A stretch of 64,000 bases of DNA, taken from assembly GCF_006345805.1 (NCBI RefSeq), contig NC_043002.1, forward strand, positions 23,250,001-23,314,000. The letters are read 5' to 3'. Under the pieces are notes generated by a model, which saw nothing but the letters and a program-made list of their open reading frames with translations, had not been told where the DNA came from and did not search any database. A program made the translations under genes and the position numbers. Source of the stretch: Octopus sinensis (taxonomy: Eukaryota). Every line of letters starts with the position of its first letter. Position 1 is the stretch's first letter. Of this stretch, positions 25,975 to 39,565 are shown piece after piece.

Positions 25975-26325
25975 TTCCTTTGCGTATGTGTTGTACACTG
26001 TCTAGTTGAATGATTCCCAAGTATTTGTAAGTCTGTGTTTGGTCTAAATTCTCTTATCTCCGTTTCTTCATCAAACATGATATTAGCATTCATAATTAAG
26101 TTTTTTTTTCAATGCTGCTTTGGCACATTCTTCTAATCCGAATCTCATTTCAATTCGTGTAACGTAATTCCATATAATATCTGTAGCAAATCCGAGTGAT
26201 GTCTAGTAAATCTCTTTAAAGTCTGCAGTATTCTTACGAGCAGTTTATCACTTCAGCGTACAACTTTAGGTCGTCTGCACACAAAAATTGGTTGATTGTT
26301 CCGTTCCTACTTAGCTGTACTCATG
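25975..26325 (-). pseudogene. R4/Dong-like non-LTR RT fragment
   Basis: Minus strand encodes CADDLKLYA, MRFGLEECAKA and YKYLGII with disruptions. Confidence 0.75.
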
Positions 26326-26762
26326 TCTGCGCAAATATACACGTTTGGCAACAAGAAATTTATATACTCCCAAAATGTTAGTTACCTAAAATAATGTAAT
26401 AATTAACAAATATAATTATATATAAATGTGTATACACACACACAAACACACACACGCACACACATGCTTTTATGCACCAAGAGCCTAAATGAGAGGTTCT
26501 CTCGGGGCTAATAACGTAATATTCGTCGTTGTAACAATGCATTCATGCTAAACTGGATATAACGATTATCTTTTGGTATTAGTACTGCTTCCGTTGCTAA
26601 ATGTGTGTGTGTAAGGGCGTGAAATTGTAAGGATCTTTTAGGCAATAATTGACGAGGAATTAGCAACGTCCTGTTTTGGGTATTTTCCATTTGTTCCTTT
26701 GTGTTACGTTTAAAGTTTGAAACTGTGTGTGTGAGTGTGTGTCTGTATGTATAAGTGTGTTG

Positions 26763-26805
<43 letters not shown>

Positions 26806-26814
26806 TGTGTGTAT

Positions 26815-28066
26815 GCATAAACGTGATTTCACTGCACTACCGAGCGCAGCTCTGTGTGCCTTGGGTATGTGCTGTGGGTTGCTGTGATACTCTTATGTTT
26901 ACTGTATTGAAAGTGTTTTATGTAAGATGTGCGCAGTGCCTAGTAGTGCTATTTTCTGTATGTTATATATATTTGTCAGTCCTGGTGTTTTATTATGTAT
27001 TTGTCTGAATATTTTTTCATCATACCTAATGCACCCACTATGATAGGAATTGTTTCTGCTTTTAGACTCCACATTCGAGTTACCTCTATTTCCATGTCTT
27101 TATATTTTGAAAGTTTCTCCATTTCCTTTAGAGAAACATTGTCAACTGTTGGTATTGATACATCGATTAGAAAGCGGTTTCTTTCTTCATGATCTTTGAC
27201 AACTATATCTGGCCTATTGTCCTTAATTTCTCTATCTGTGTGTATTGGCATATCCCATAGTATGGTTGCTTTCTCGTTTTCTGTGACCTTTTCTGGTGTG
27301 TGCCTATACCATCTTTTTTCTGTTGTTATTCCATAGTGTTGCCATAGCTTCCAGTGTATGTAGGTCTCAACTCTGTTATGTATGTAAATATATTCCTTCT
27401 TAGCCAGGACTGAGCAGCCAGAGATAATATGATTTATTGTTTCTTGTCCATCTCCACATATTCTACAGTTACTTGTTATGTTTCTTTTCATTATATGTTT
27501 TTGGTAATTTCTGGTGGGCTGGCTTTGGTCTTGTGTATCAATTAAAAATCCTTCAGTCTCTTCTTTGAGTCATGAGCTTCTCAGCCGTTGCTGGGATTTT
27601 TCTTTGTCTATTTCTTTTGCGTTTAGTTTTAGCCCAGTATTTGCCAGGAAGTGACTTTTCTTGCCATCGTTTTATCATGATCCGTTGCTGTTCAAGTTTT
27701 ACTTTGAATTTCATGTTTTACAGCTTTTGTTATTTCTTCTTTTTCTTCATAGTTGCTAGGCAGTATGACTCTCGTTTGTATTTGTCAGCTTCCTTAAAGA
27801 CTGAAAACAGCTCTTTGTTTTTTTTTCTTTTTTCGTGTTTTGTGGCTATTTTTATTAGTTTTCCTTGCTTCTGAAGTAGGTATTTTTTGCAGTCCTATGA
27901 TGGTTATTTTGTAATAGTTTTCTAGCTGTATAAGGCCTCAACCACCTTCTATACGTTGTATATATAACATTTCTATGTCAGATTTTGGGTGGTGCATCCT
28001 AAATCCTGTCATTATTTTTCTTGTTTTCTTTCTATTTTGGTTAGTTCATTTAGTGTCCAGTTAAGG
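26815..28066 (-). mobile_element. R4/Dong-like non-LTR retrotransposon 3' half (RT C-terminus, CCHC finger, restriction-like endonuclease)
   Basis: ORF 26976-27491 has CRICGDGQETINHIISGC (CCHC), NRPDIVVKD and IDVSIP..KLSKYKD..IPIIVGALG. Upstream are ILNWT and HPKSDIEMLY..GG.GLIQL. Confidence 0.9.
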
Positions 28067-28091
28067 ATTATTATTATTATTGTTGTTGTTG

Positions 28092-29240
28092 CTGTTTTGG
28101 TTTGGCTCAGTATGGTCTTATTCCTGTTAGGATTTATATGAGTAACGGGTTATTATCTGTAACTTTAGGTATTCACAAGTTTTCAATAGTCTTTCAAGTG
28201 CTTAGAACCCTCCTGATAATCCTTGCTGTCCCTAAGAGACAAACTTTCTGTAGGAGCTCTACCGGGCATTTTATTTCAATCTCTTTGCTTACTGTTCCCA
28301 ATGCACCAATTATTATAGACACAACCTTTACTGTTCACATGTTTCAAATCCTTCCTATTTCAAATTTCGTCAACATACATCGTCAACAACATCCTAGTTT
28401 TTCTGTCAAGTTTCTTTATTTCGTTTTTGGCTCAGTCTATAATTCCAACTCCATATCTGATTAAGGATACAGTTCTTGAATTTATTGCTTCAGTAAGATC
28501 TTCGAAATTCAGCTTTGACTGCAATAATTTTCTTACCACATTAGTGGTAAGCAGGTTATAGGTCGAAAATTTGATGCCAAGTTCCCTTTCAAGGGATCTC
28601 TGAGGCATAGCAGCGTTCGTCCACTTGTCATACAGGCAGGGACGTGACCTTGCTGCAAGCAGTCATCCAGTTGCGCAGCGATCCTTTCATGTAACTGTGT
28701 AAAGTTCTTAAGCCAATAGCCTATTACTCCATTTGGGCCTGGTCCTTTCCAATTTGTTATGTTTCTGTAAATTTTTGTCTGGGTACAGTTTCAAGTTGTC
28801 TTTCCACCTTTGTTAGCCACTCTGCGCTTTCTTCATGTCTCGCCGGTCTGTTCCAGCCTTTCCCAAAATTCTTTACTTCCTTCCGCATCTGGAATCAGCT
28901 CTTGGTGTTGAACTTCCTTTATTTCCTTAAATAGATGCCTTCTATTTGATTGGAACAGTCTATTCTGTTCGAAACCTTTGCATCTAGTATCGTATATTGG
29001 CCTTTAATGTTGTCCCTTTTTGTACCAATTCTTCATGTACTGTTTGTTTTCCCCTTTCTTCTGGCCTGTACTGTCCATTCAATTTTCTGATTACTACCTT
29101 AATCTTGAGCTATCCTCTCATTATCCTATTCAATTGCCTCAGTTCTTTCCATGGCTTTTCCAGCTTCATTCGTATTCTCTTCAAGTTTGGTTCTTTCTTT
29201 TCATTTGCTTTTATATCTTCAGCTGGTTTGTTTCACTGAT
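28092..29240 (-). mobile_element. Second, divergent R4/Dong-like element, internally deleted
   Basis: Its 3' end encodes VSIIIGALGTV..LLQKVCLLGTARIIRRVL. Upstream is NRLFQSNRRHLFKEI. It is flanked by a 19-bp direct repeat. Confidence 0.75.
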
Positions 29241-29441
29241 ATTATTATTGTTGTTGTTGATGTTGTTACTGCTGCTGCTGATGTTGTTGGTGGTGGTAGT
29301 GGTGGTGGTGTTGGTGTTGCTGTTATCGTTATTGCCGGCATTCTGGCAATACCTGTTTAATTTCAGCCTAGCCTTCGGGGAATTATCTAAGGCAATTGAC
29401 TGTTTTTCCCTGAATGGGAATTTGTTTTTGTTTGAGTTTAT

Positions 29442-29550
<109 letters not shown>

Positions 29551-30335
29551 GATATATAAATACAGTGTACATTTAAGCACATAAGAGGTATCCGTCATAG
29601 GATTCCTTTCACGCTAGAAGGAACAGCTAAAGTCCAAACCACTATTGGGGATAAAAACTCGAAGGAAATGAAAAATAAAAACATTTTCCATCTATCTCCT
29701 GGACCATTGTTTCAGACTTTTGTTTTAGCAAATAAAATAATTTGCTAGGCGAAGTCTTCCTCAACAGGTACGCCAAGATTAAACATATAAGTACGAGACA
29801 AATCCAGCATGTGCCTCTTGCTTATACATTATAATTTTTCAAATCCACCGCGCAAGCGCAGTTTTTTGTCAGCAACAAAAAGATACCGGCATTTCTTCCA
29901 ACAATTTTCCAGAAAAGAATTATCAACAATTAGTAATATCTGTATATACCCCAGGTATTTTCGTTTCAATTTTCAAGATGGATTCAAATAAGTCAAAATA
30001 ATAATAACCGAGTGAAATTATAACAATGAGAGAGATGGGGAGAAAGATTTCAATAGCGCTTCGCAATGTAACGCGTTTAAATCGTATAGTTTCCCTGTCA
30101 CACAAAACTATATTTTACGTAGGAAACAACAATACTGTGAAGACAAAATTCTGGAATATATAAAGCTTCCAACTTGATAAAAACTGAATATTACAGGGAA
30201 GAGAGAAGACTGAGATATTACATATGTGCTACTGCTAACCAGATGAAGTTCTCCGCGCCATAGATGCAAAGAGGAGGGGACAAAAGGCTTGCTTTCATGT
30301 CAATACGTCATCTAAAACAACATCAGCAACTGCAA

Positions 30336-30714
30336 GTGGAGGCACAATGGCCCAATGGTTAGGGCAGCGGACTCGCGGTCGGAGGATCGCGTTTTCGATT
30401 CCCAGACCGGGCGTTGTGTGTGTTTATTGAGTGAAAACAGCTAAAACTCCACGAGGCTCCGGCAGGGGATGGTGGCGACCCCTGTTGTACTCTTTCGCTC
30501 CAACTTTCTCTCACTCTATCTTCCTGTTTCTTGTCCCCGACTTCCTATGTAACCGCTGAACCTGGATGCGCATTCATCCATCCGTCGATGCTCTCGGTGT
30601 CGGGGGGTTGACCTGCTTTCTCTTCTGAGGGTCTTTCAAATAGCAAAGGACCACGTTTCGGACTTCTCCCACTGGGACGAAGACCACTTCGCTCAACAAA
30701 CAAACTAACAAATA
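30336..30714 (+). mobile_element. SINE B with a unique 3' extension and a perfect 17-bp target-site duplication
   Basis: AACATCAGCAACTGCAA at 30319-30335 and 30715-30731, with a (CAAA)-like tail. Confidence 0.9.
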
Positions 30715-30984
30715 AACATCAGCAACTGCAATAAAGTTTGCAACTACAAAATCTACCGCAGCCGCAACAGAAGCAAAATAAACACTAAATAAACAACCAC
30801 AACAGTAACAGCATCAAAATAAAATAAATCAACAACTACTGAAGCAGTAGCAAGAACAACCACAAAATATAATACGGCAACATGCAACAGCAACAAAAGC
30901 AACGGACATCCCTAAAACAAAGATATGAAAGCCATCTCAAAAGGACAGTTAAATCGCCAATACCACCATCATCACAATGTACCA

Positions 30985-31135
30985 TACGCCACGAGCCTAT
31001 CCGTGGCCAGTCGAACTGCTAGAAACAGCAGCATAAACTCCCTCAAGCCATCCTCAGACAGGATGGTTATGGACAGAACGCTTTGATCATAGATTTACTG
31101 AATCAGCAACGACCTCGGATTAAACAGCAATAACA
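30985..31135 (-). repeat. Unclassified interspersed repeat F; other copies at 32470-33040 (split by SINE C), 54905-55140 and 63855-64000
   Basis: Shared motifs TTT(A)GC(C/T)C..G..CAG..GACC and G(C/T)TG(C/T)TATTTC(T/C)AGC across four loci. Confidence 0.55.
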
Positions 31136-31376
31136 ACAGCAGTAAATATATGCCTTGTGCCAATATATGAGAAATCAATAATTCCCACTATCGATTATCA
31201 TTATATATTTTTTTTCTTTCTTCCGTCTGATTAGCTTTCAGACTGGAATTCTTCGAGTCAGATTCAATGTTGGCTTCATTTGCACTTGAGATGTTTTTTT
31301 TTTTGTTGTTGTCGTTGGTTATGGCAGCAGCGGTGGTAGTAGTGGTGGTGGCGGAGGTTGTGAAGACGAGAATGAT

Positions 31377-31600
31377 GGGGGTGGGGTGGGGTGGGGTGGG
31401 GTGGGTGGTAGTGGTGGTGGTGGTGGTGGGGGGGTAGTGGTGGGGGGGTAGTGGTGGTGGTTGTGGTGGTGGTGGTGGTGGTGGTGGTAGTGGTGGTGGT
31501 TGTAGTGGTGGTGGTGGTGGTGGTGGTGGTTGTGGTGGTGGTGGTGGTGGTTGTGGTGGTGGTGGTGGTGGTTGTGGTGGTGGTGGTGGTAGTGGTGGCT
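31377..31600 (+). repeat. (GGGGT)n and (GGT)n G-rich tract
   Basis: Directly visible. Confidence 0.95.
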
Positions 31601-31749
31601 CTCTTGTTATTGTTTTTAGTGGTGGTGATGTTGGTTGTGGTGTTGGGAAGGGTTTGTTGTTTTTGTTCTTAATATTTATAGTGTTGTCATTGTTACAGCT
31701 GTTATCATTGCTCCTATCGTTTTCTTTGCCGTTGTTGCTCTTGGTGTTG

Positions 31750-31783
<34 letters not shown>

Positions 31784-32298
31784 TTCTTCCTCTTCTTCTT
31801 CTTCCTCTTCTTCTTCTTCTTCTTCAATCAGGACTCACGCCATTAGCCACAAACAATAATCTCTAATTCGAGCCTACTCTAAGCTGCTAAGAATGCGTGT
31901 GGCAACTTGAAGACCCACCCACCACACGCGATAGACTGGCGGTTGCACGGGCACGAAAGCTACGTTGTTATCCTCATTCCGTAAACGGTGGCTTTTTTTT
32001 AACGGGTGGAGAGCTGATCCATCCTGGGGTACAGAGGATTCGCAATCTAGACTAGGGTCTGAAAGTTTACCACACTATAGTGGGTTACACCATGGTTCCT
32101 CTGCTTTGTGACAGCAGTAGGAAGAAAGAGTGAGGGAAAGTTGTAGTGAAAGAGTACAGCGGGGTTCACCACACCACCCCGCCGGAGCCTCGTGGAGCTC
32201 AGGAGCTCAATAAACACTCACAATGCTCAGTCTGGGAATCGAAACCGCGTTCTTGCGACCGCGAGTCCGCTGCCCTAACTATTGGACTATTGCGCCTT
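31750..32298 (-). mobile_element. SINE B head with a long distinct tail ending in (GAA)n
   Basis: B head at 32110-32298. The minus-strand tail ends GGCGTGAGTCCTGATTGAAGAAGAAG. Confidence 0.65.
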
Positions 32299-32527
32299 AA
32301 CTGTAGTCGTTGTCGTTGTTGATGTTGTCGTTGTTGGTCTTGGTGTTGTTGTCATCGTTGTTTTTTGTTGTTGTCGTTGTTGTTGTCACCTTTCCTCTTG
32401 TTATTGTTGCTGTTCTTGTTGCTGCTGTCATTGTTGTCATCATCGTTGTTTGTTGTTGTTGCTGTTGCTGTTTCTGTTGTTGTTTAGCCCCAATTTAGCC
32501 TCGATCCAGCAGACCTCCGACCAGACA

Positions 32528-32851
32528 TACTCTTTTACTCTTTTACTTGTTTCAGTCATTCTATCAGTCTCTTTTGCCGAACTGCTAAGTTACGGGGACG
32601 TAAACACACCAGCATTTGTTGTCAAGCGACGTTGAGGGTACAAACACAGACACAAACATATACGCACACATACATATATAAATATACATATATACGACGA
32701 GCTTCTTTCAGTTTCCGTCTACCAAATCCACTCACAAGGCTTTGGTCGGCCCAAGGCTATAGTAGAAGACACTTGCCCAAGGTGCCACGCTGTGGGACTG
32801 AACCCGGAACCATGTGGCTGGTAAGCAAGCTACTTACCATACAGCCACTCC
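32528..32851 (-). mobile_element. SINE C nested in repeat F
   Basis: Full C sequence, with F halves on either side. Confidence 0.9.
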
Positions 32852-33892
32852 TACACCTATATATTCTAGTCTTGACCTTATCGTTCTCTTCTTTCCTTTT
32901 TCTTCCTTTTTCTCTCTCTTCAGATATAATGTATCTGAAACCATATTATCCAAAGTGTCCATTTTTTAAGACTGTAGGAATGTGGCTACTATTTCTAGCT
33001 GCTCGATCAACCAAGTAAAAGCTCTTTCGTTGGCTCGTCTTATTGTTGTTGTTTCTGATGTTGCAGTTGTTGCTGTTGTTGTTACTGCTGGTCATAATCG
33101 ATAACCGTTAATGATATTGATTATGCTTCATTAATGTATAAATACGCTTCTTGTAGATTTTTCAGCAAAGACGAGGCGTCACCCCAGATGAAATATTTGC
33201 TGACATCATCATTGACTCATTCAAAACTAATCTCTCTTGCATTAGTCTTATACTTACATGTGTAATAAATACATATATGAATGTGTGTGTATGCATGCGT
33301 ACATGCGCGTGTGTGCATGTGTGCGTCTGTGTGTGTGTGTTTGTGTGTGTGTGTGTGGTGTGTGTGTGTGTGTGTGTGTGTGTATTAGGCACAAAACAGC
33401 GTTGTTCAGACTGATTTTAGAAAACACGGATGGGAGTCTTCTGAAGGACTGTTTTCTGCTTCGTTGACTGCTCCTCAGAGAAGACGTATTAGGTTGCCGG
33501 TTTCCTTTCCCAGTGAACAGCAAAGATCAGCTGCTTTCAAAGCGATCATCAATTAAAATTTTCTACCAAGGGCATTAAGTTTCGAGAGGATACGCACATC
33601 TTGAACTGGCCTCGAGAGCGTAGATTTACGGAGGGGAATGCTCACGTCTGTCGTTGGCTTGCTGATACGTGACAAGTCCAGTTCTAGAAAAACAAGCACG
33701 ACCGTACCGATTGCATGAGAAAGTAAGCCTGTTCGATCGTAGTTTCCTTGTTTTTCCTCCTTTTTTTCTTTTTCTCTGCGATGTTCCTGCAGGTGTCTTT
33801 AAAGCAAACTGTTGCCTACGTACAATTCTTCATTCATATATTCAAAAATTATTTCGTAATATAATGCTTCTGGATGTTATTATGTGAACAAA

Positions 33893-34650
33893 AGGCGGCG
33901 AGCTGGCAGAATCGTTAGCACGTCGGGCGAAATGCTTAGCGGTATTTCGTCTGCCGCTACGTTCTGATTTCAAACTCCGCCGAGGTCGACTTTGCCTTTC
34001 ATCCTTTCGGGGTCGATTAAATAAGTACCAGTTACGCACTGGGGTCGATGTAATCGACTTAATCCGTGTGTCTGTCCTTGTTCGTCCCCTCTGTGTTTAG
34101 CCCCTTGTGGGTAGTAAAGAAATAGGTATTTCGTCTGAGGCTACGTTCTGAGTTCAAATTCCGCCGAGGGCGACTTTGCCATTCATCCTTTCGGGGTCGA
34201 TTAAATAAATACCAGTTACGCACTGGGGTCGATATAATCGACTTAATCTGTTTGTCTGTCCTTGTTTGTCCTCTCTGTGTTTAGCCCCTTGTGAGTAGTA
34301 AAGAAATAGGTATTTCGCCTGTCGCTACGTTCTGAGTTCAAATTCGCCGAGGTCGACTTTGCCTTTCATCATTTCGGGGTCGATAAATTAAGTACTAGTT
34401 ACGCACTGGGGTCGATCTAATCGACTTAATCCCTTTGTCTGTCTTTGTTTGTCCCCGCTATGTTTAGCCCCTTGTGAGCAATACAGAAATAAGAAATGTT
34501 AGCACGCCGGGCGTAATGCTTTGCGGTAATTCATCTACCGTTACGTTCTGAGTTCGAATCCACCGAAGTCGACTTTGCCTTTGGGATCGATGTAATCGAC
34601 TTAATCCCTTGGTTTGTCCCCTCTATGTTTAGCCCACTGTGGGAAATAAA
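33893..34650 (+). mobile_element. SINE A concatemer (4 units, 183-184-bp period)
   Basis: Junctions at ~34117-33, ~34301-17 and ~34485-34505. Confidence 0.9.
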
Positions 34651-34751
34651 TAAATAAATATTTTTACTTTACTCTAAAAGTATTTAGTTATTCTTCATTT
34701 ATCTGTAAATTTTGTAGAAATGCGCACAAATAAAACACGTGACTATACATG

Positions 34752-34827
<76 letters not shown>

Positions 34828-34992
34828 CATATTTGAATAGATAAAAGGATATGTGCATAAAGACATTGTACGTATATGCCTTAATTGATTGATATATGTA
34901 AAGATATTTAGATATATATACGTGGGTAAGATGGTGTGTGTGTTTGTGTGAAACTGATTTTCATATTAATATATTATCGAACACACAATGTG

Positions 34993-35044
<52 letters not shown>

Positions 35045-35418
35045 CAAAATGATGTTTATTGGAAAAGATAATTTAAAATCCGTGTACTGTGTAAGTTTCG
35101 TTGACAACAACGTAAGCTGTGACAGATTGACACAGAGTCGAGGTCGCCATTACAAAGTGGATTTCTTTTCTTCTCATTTCCATGGTAAAACCCTGCCAAC
35201 AAGGTATGGACTTTATAAAATTATTTCATTTCTTTAAGCTTGTGGTCCTGTTGAAACAATGTGTGTGTTGTGTGTGTGTGCGCGCGCGTGTGTGTGTGCA
35301 CGTGTATGTATGAGAGCATACCATGCGTGGCACCATCGACAAGTGTCCTCCACTAAAGCTCTTGATCAACCAATGCCTTTCAGGTGAGTTTGGATGACGG
35401 GAGCTCTTAGGAAGTCTG

Positions 35419-35481
<63 letters not shown>

Positions 35482-35724
35482 CGTGTGTGTGTATTTATTT
35501 GCTTATCCACAATATTTGAAAACTTGCGTTAGTTTATTTAACTCCTCGTAACCCAGCGATTCGGCAAAAGCTATAGAAGGAATAAATAAATACCAGACGA
35601 AACAGTAAGTACTGTTCGACTACACCAATCAAGGTGGCGCCCCAGTATGGCCGCAGTCCAATGATTGAAACAAATGTATGTGCATGAATGTGTATATGTA
35701 TGTGTGTACATATAACATATTTAT

Positions 35725-35775
<51 letters not shown>

Positions 35776-36022
35776 GTATATACACATACACACACACACA
35801 CACAGGGAGAAAGAGATTAGCAACGGGAAGAGAGAGAGTGAGAGTGAGAAAGACAAAGTGACGAGTACTAAACAGGTACTTTACTTATTGACTTCTAGAC
35901 GATAAAATATGAACGACAAAGTTGGCATCAGCGGTATAAATTGAACTCAAAGATCAGGGAGGAGTACTACAGCTTATTCAAGTCGATGCCCTGCTAATTC
36001 AGCTAATTCAATGCCTTAGTAT

Positions 36023-36120
<98 letters not shown>

Positions 36121-36374
36121 CGCCACGCCATACTTTATTTAAATTCCATGACATCTGGCGTAATTTCTGGATAAATTTATTTCCTCTCGTTCTCTTATTG
36201 TGTCAGTATGTCAATCAGAAATATATACATACACACAGATTCAGACATATATAAACAATTCAGACACACAGACGACGAAAACTCACATACACATACATAT
36301 ACACAGACACAGACATACAAACACATACTTTGATACACATGTAGTTACGCACGCAAATAATATATATATATACA

Positions 36375-36406
<32 letters not shown>

Positions 36407-37579
36407 CATATACATATACATATATATGCATATATAACATACATACATACAATACAGTATACTTCTCTTCTAATGGCGCATTCACACAACACACACATTA
36501 CCACACGAACTAACACACACTCACATATGCACACACGTACACACACACACACAACCAAACAAACAAACAAGGATAAATTCACTCGTATTTTATACGCTGA
36601 CTCTAGCCAATCAATAATCAATAATTCGTAAGGCTGCGATTCGATACGGTTTCAAAATGAGGAGACGGCTGGATTCAAGGTTGAGTAGGAGAATGGGAGT
36701 AGGAGGTTAAAGGAAGAGGAGGGGTGAGAGGGAGGCATCCGAAAATGCGGTGAGTGATTGAGAAACAGAAGTGTGGAGAGAAGCACGGATGCATGAATGG
36801 TTAGATGGGTGGAGGGAAAGACATTGAGAAAATAAGAGTCAATAAGAGTCAATAAGAGTGTAGGTGTCAGGGATGGAAAGGAGTTGTGGTGAGGGGAAAA
36901 AACAGAGAAAGAAAGAACAAGAGTGTAAAAGGGAGGAAGGGAGGGAGAGAGACATAAAATGGAAAGGGAGGGGAATATTGTTAACACTCATACGGTTATT
37001 GCATCCTGTTGTGTACTCTTTTCTTACTACCACCGACATTACGACCACGACCACTGCTTACTTACACTAACCACCATCACTAACCCTGTTCCAACCACCG
37101 CCGACACAACAACACCCACTACGTGGTTTTTACTAGCAGAGCTACCACAACCACCTCCACAACTACCACTACTACAACAAACACTAATACTACTACGACG
37201 ACTATTACTATTACTACGACTAATAGTAGCACTACTACCACGACTACTACAGCCAACGGCATCAATCGAAAAACCTCTTCATCATGATCATTATCGTAAC
37301 CGTCCTCACCATCTACAGCAGTATATATATATATATATGAATATGTGTATTTTTGTTCTTACCACTATTATATAAATCCATATATTCTACATTAAATATA
37401 TATATATATATATATAAAGAGAGAGAGAGGGGGGGAGGGAGATAGATAGAGAGCATAAATAAAAGGTCGATAACCGAAGAAGGATTAGGGTCCTTGTGTC
37501 TGTCCTACGTGTAAGTTTTGTAGTATTTAATGCATTTGTCATGTATTTATATATTCATATATATGTATGTATGTATATA

Positions 37580-37610
<31 letters not shown>

Positions 37611-37728
37611 GTGTGTGTTTTTGTGTGTGTGTGTGTGTGTGTATATGTGTATGTATGCATATATATATATATGTATGTATGTATATATATATGTATATGT
37701 GTGTATGTATGTATATATAAGAATATAT

Positions 37729-38066
37729 GAAGGCGCATGGCTCAGTGGTTAGAGCGTCGAGCTTACGATCGTGAGGTTGTGAGTTCGAATCCCGGACCGG
37801 GCTGCGTGTTGTGTTCTTGAGCAAGACACTTTATTTCACGTTGCTCCAGTTCACTCAGCTGTAGAAATGAGTTGCGACGTCACAGGTGCCAAGCTGTATC
37901 GACTTTTGTCTTTCCCTTGGATAACACTGGTGGCGTGGAGAGGGGAGGCCGGTATGCATGGGCGACTACTGGTCTTCCATAAAACAACCTTGCCCAGACT
38001 TGTGCCTCAGAGGGTAACTCTCTAGGTGCAAACCCATGGTCACTCATGACCGAAGGGGGTCTTTAC
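37729..38066 (+). mobile_element. SINE family D, full length, young
   Basis: A box TGGCTCAGTGG and B box GTTCGAATCC. It is highly similar along its length to the reverse complement of 60135-60471. Confidence 0.9.
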
Positions 38067-38119
38067 TATATACATATATACACACATATATGGATTTGTA
38101 AGTGAGCGTATAATTTATA

Positions 38120-38174
<55 letters not shown>

Positions 38175-38779
38175 ATGATGCATATATATATATATATATA
38201 TATATATGAATCATGCACTTAGACAAACAAATATGTGTATACGCACATGCATATATCATCATGATTCTCATTGATCTTCCTTACCATCATCAGCTTCATC
38301 ATCACCACCATAATCATAATTATAAATCATCATCTTCATCATTACCGTCATCATCGTCATAGTGAAATGGTGTGAACGCTACTCTATCCTGCAATATCGG
38401 CAGGAAACCAATATCTGTAAAAAAATTTTATTTCAGCGAAGATCTATGACAACGCGTACCCTTACCCACATGAGTCAGTGTACATGTGTGTGCGTGTGTG
38501 TATGTATGTACGTATGTATGTATGTATGTGTGTGTATACATATGTATGTATGTATGTATGTGTGTGTATACATATGTATGTAAGTATGTATGTATGTATG
38601 TATGTATGTATGTATGTATGTATGTATGTATGCATGTATGTATGTATGCATGTATGCTTATATGTCAATGTGTAAAGGCGCTGCAGTTCAATTGATTCTG
38701 GTTCCCATAGCTAATGAAATATTTTCCTGTTTTGTTGTTCTTTTCCATTAACCATTTTCATGTCGTCTCGCTTTATTCT

Positions 38780-38859
<80 letters not shown>

Positions 38860-38865
38860 TCTCTC

Positions 38866-39014
38866 AAGTAGCTTGCTTACGAACCACATGGTTCAGAGTT
38901 CATTCCCACTGCGTGACACCTTGGGCAAGTGTCTCCTGCTATGGCCTCGGGCCGACCAAAGCCTTGTGAGTGGATTTGGTAGACGGAAACTGAAAGAAGC
39001 CCGTTTTATATATG

Positions 39015-39075
<61 letters not shown>

Positions 39076-39240
39076 CTGTGTTTGTCTCCCCAACAATGCT
39101 TGACAACCGAAGGTGGTGTGTTTACGTCCTCGTAACTTAGCGGTTCGACAAAAGAGACCGATAGAATAAGTACTAGGCTTCCAAAGAATAAGTCCTGGGA
39201 CCGCAGTCAAATGACTGAAACAAGTAAAAGAGTAAAAAAG
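38866..39240 (+). mobile_element. SINE C
   Basis: Matches the other C copies, including the internal TA/GT microsatellite. Confidence 0.9.
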
Positions 39241-39402
39241 TATAATATAAAGAATGTCAGGAGTTATGGGAAGAATATTTTTATTTTACCAGTTTATATC
39301 CATAAGATGACAGCCGTTTCGCAGCCAACATCATGCAAAAATAATTTTTAGTAGTCTATAATAAATTACTTTATGTCTGCACTTCTTTAAATTGCATAGT
39401 AC

Positions 39403-39565
39403 AAATCAATGCAGATATAGAAGGTCAGCTCTTCAGTTCGACAGAAAAACGTGGTTACGGCAATTTTATACTCCGGTATACACATACCTGAGTTGAAAAA
39501 TTGATGTAACAACCATAATATCTTTGTCGAACAGAAGAGCTAGTTTTCTATATCTGCATCGATTT
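39403..39565. mobile_element. Old hairpin MITE-like palindrome
   Basis: ATGCAGATATAGAA/TTCTATATCTGCAT, AGCTCTTC/GAAGAGCT and GTTCGACA/TGTCGAAC in nested order. Confidence 0.7.

Noticed and set aside
37731-37805. tRNA-like sequence with a TAC loop
   Set aside because: It is the head of SINE D (second copy at 60135-60471), and the acceptor and anticodon stems do not pair.
38437-38473. TTTCAG|..KIYDNAYPYPH..|GTCAGT exon-like segment
   Set aside because: The donor is weak, it abuts a microsatellite and no homologue is recognised.
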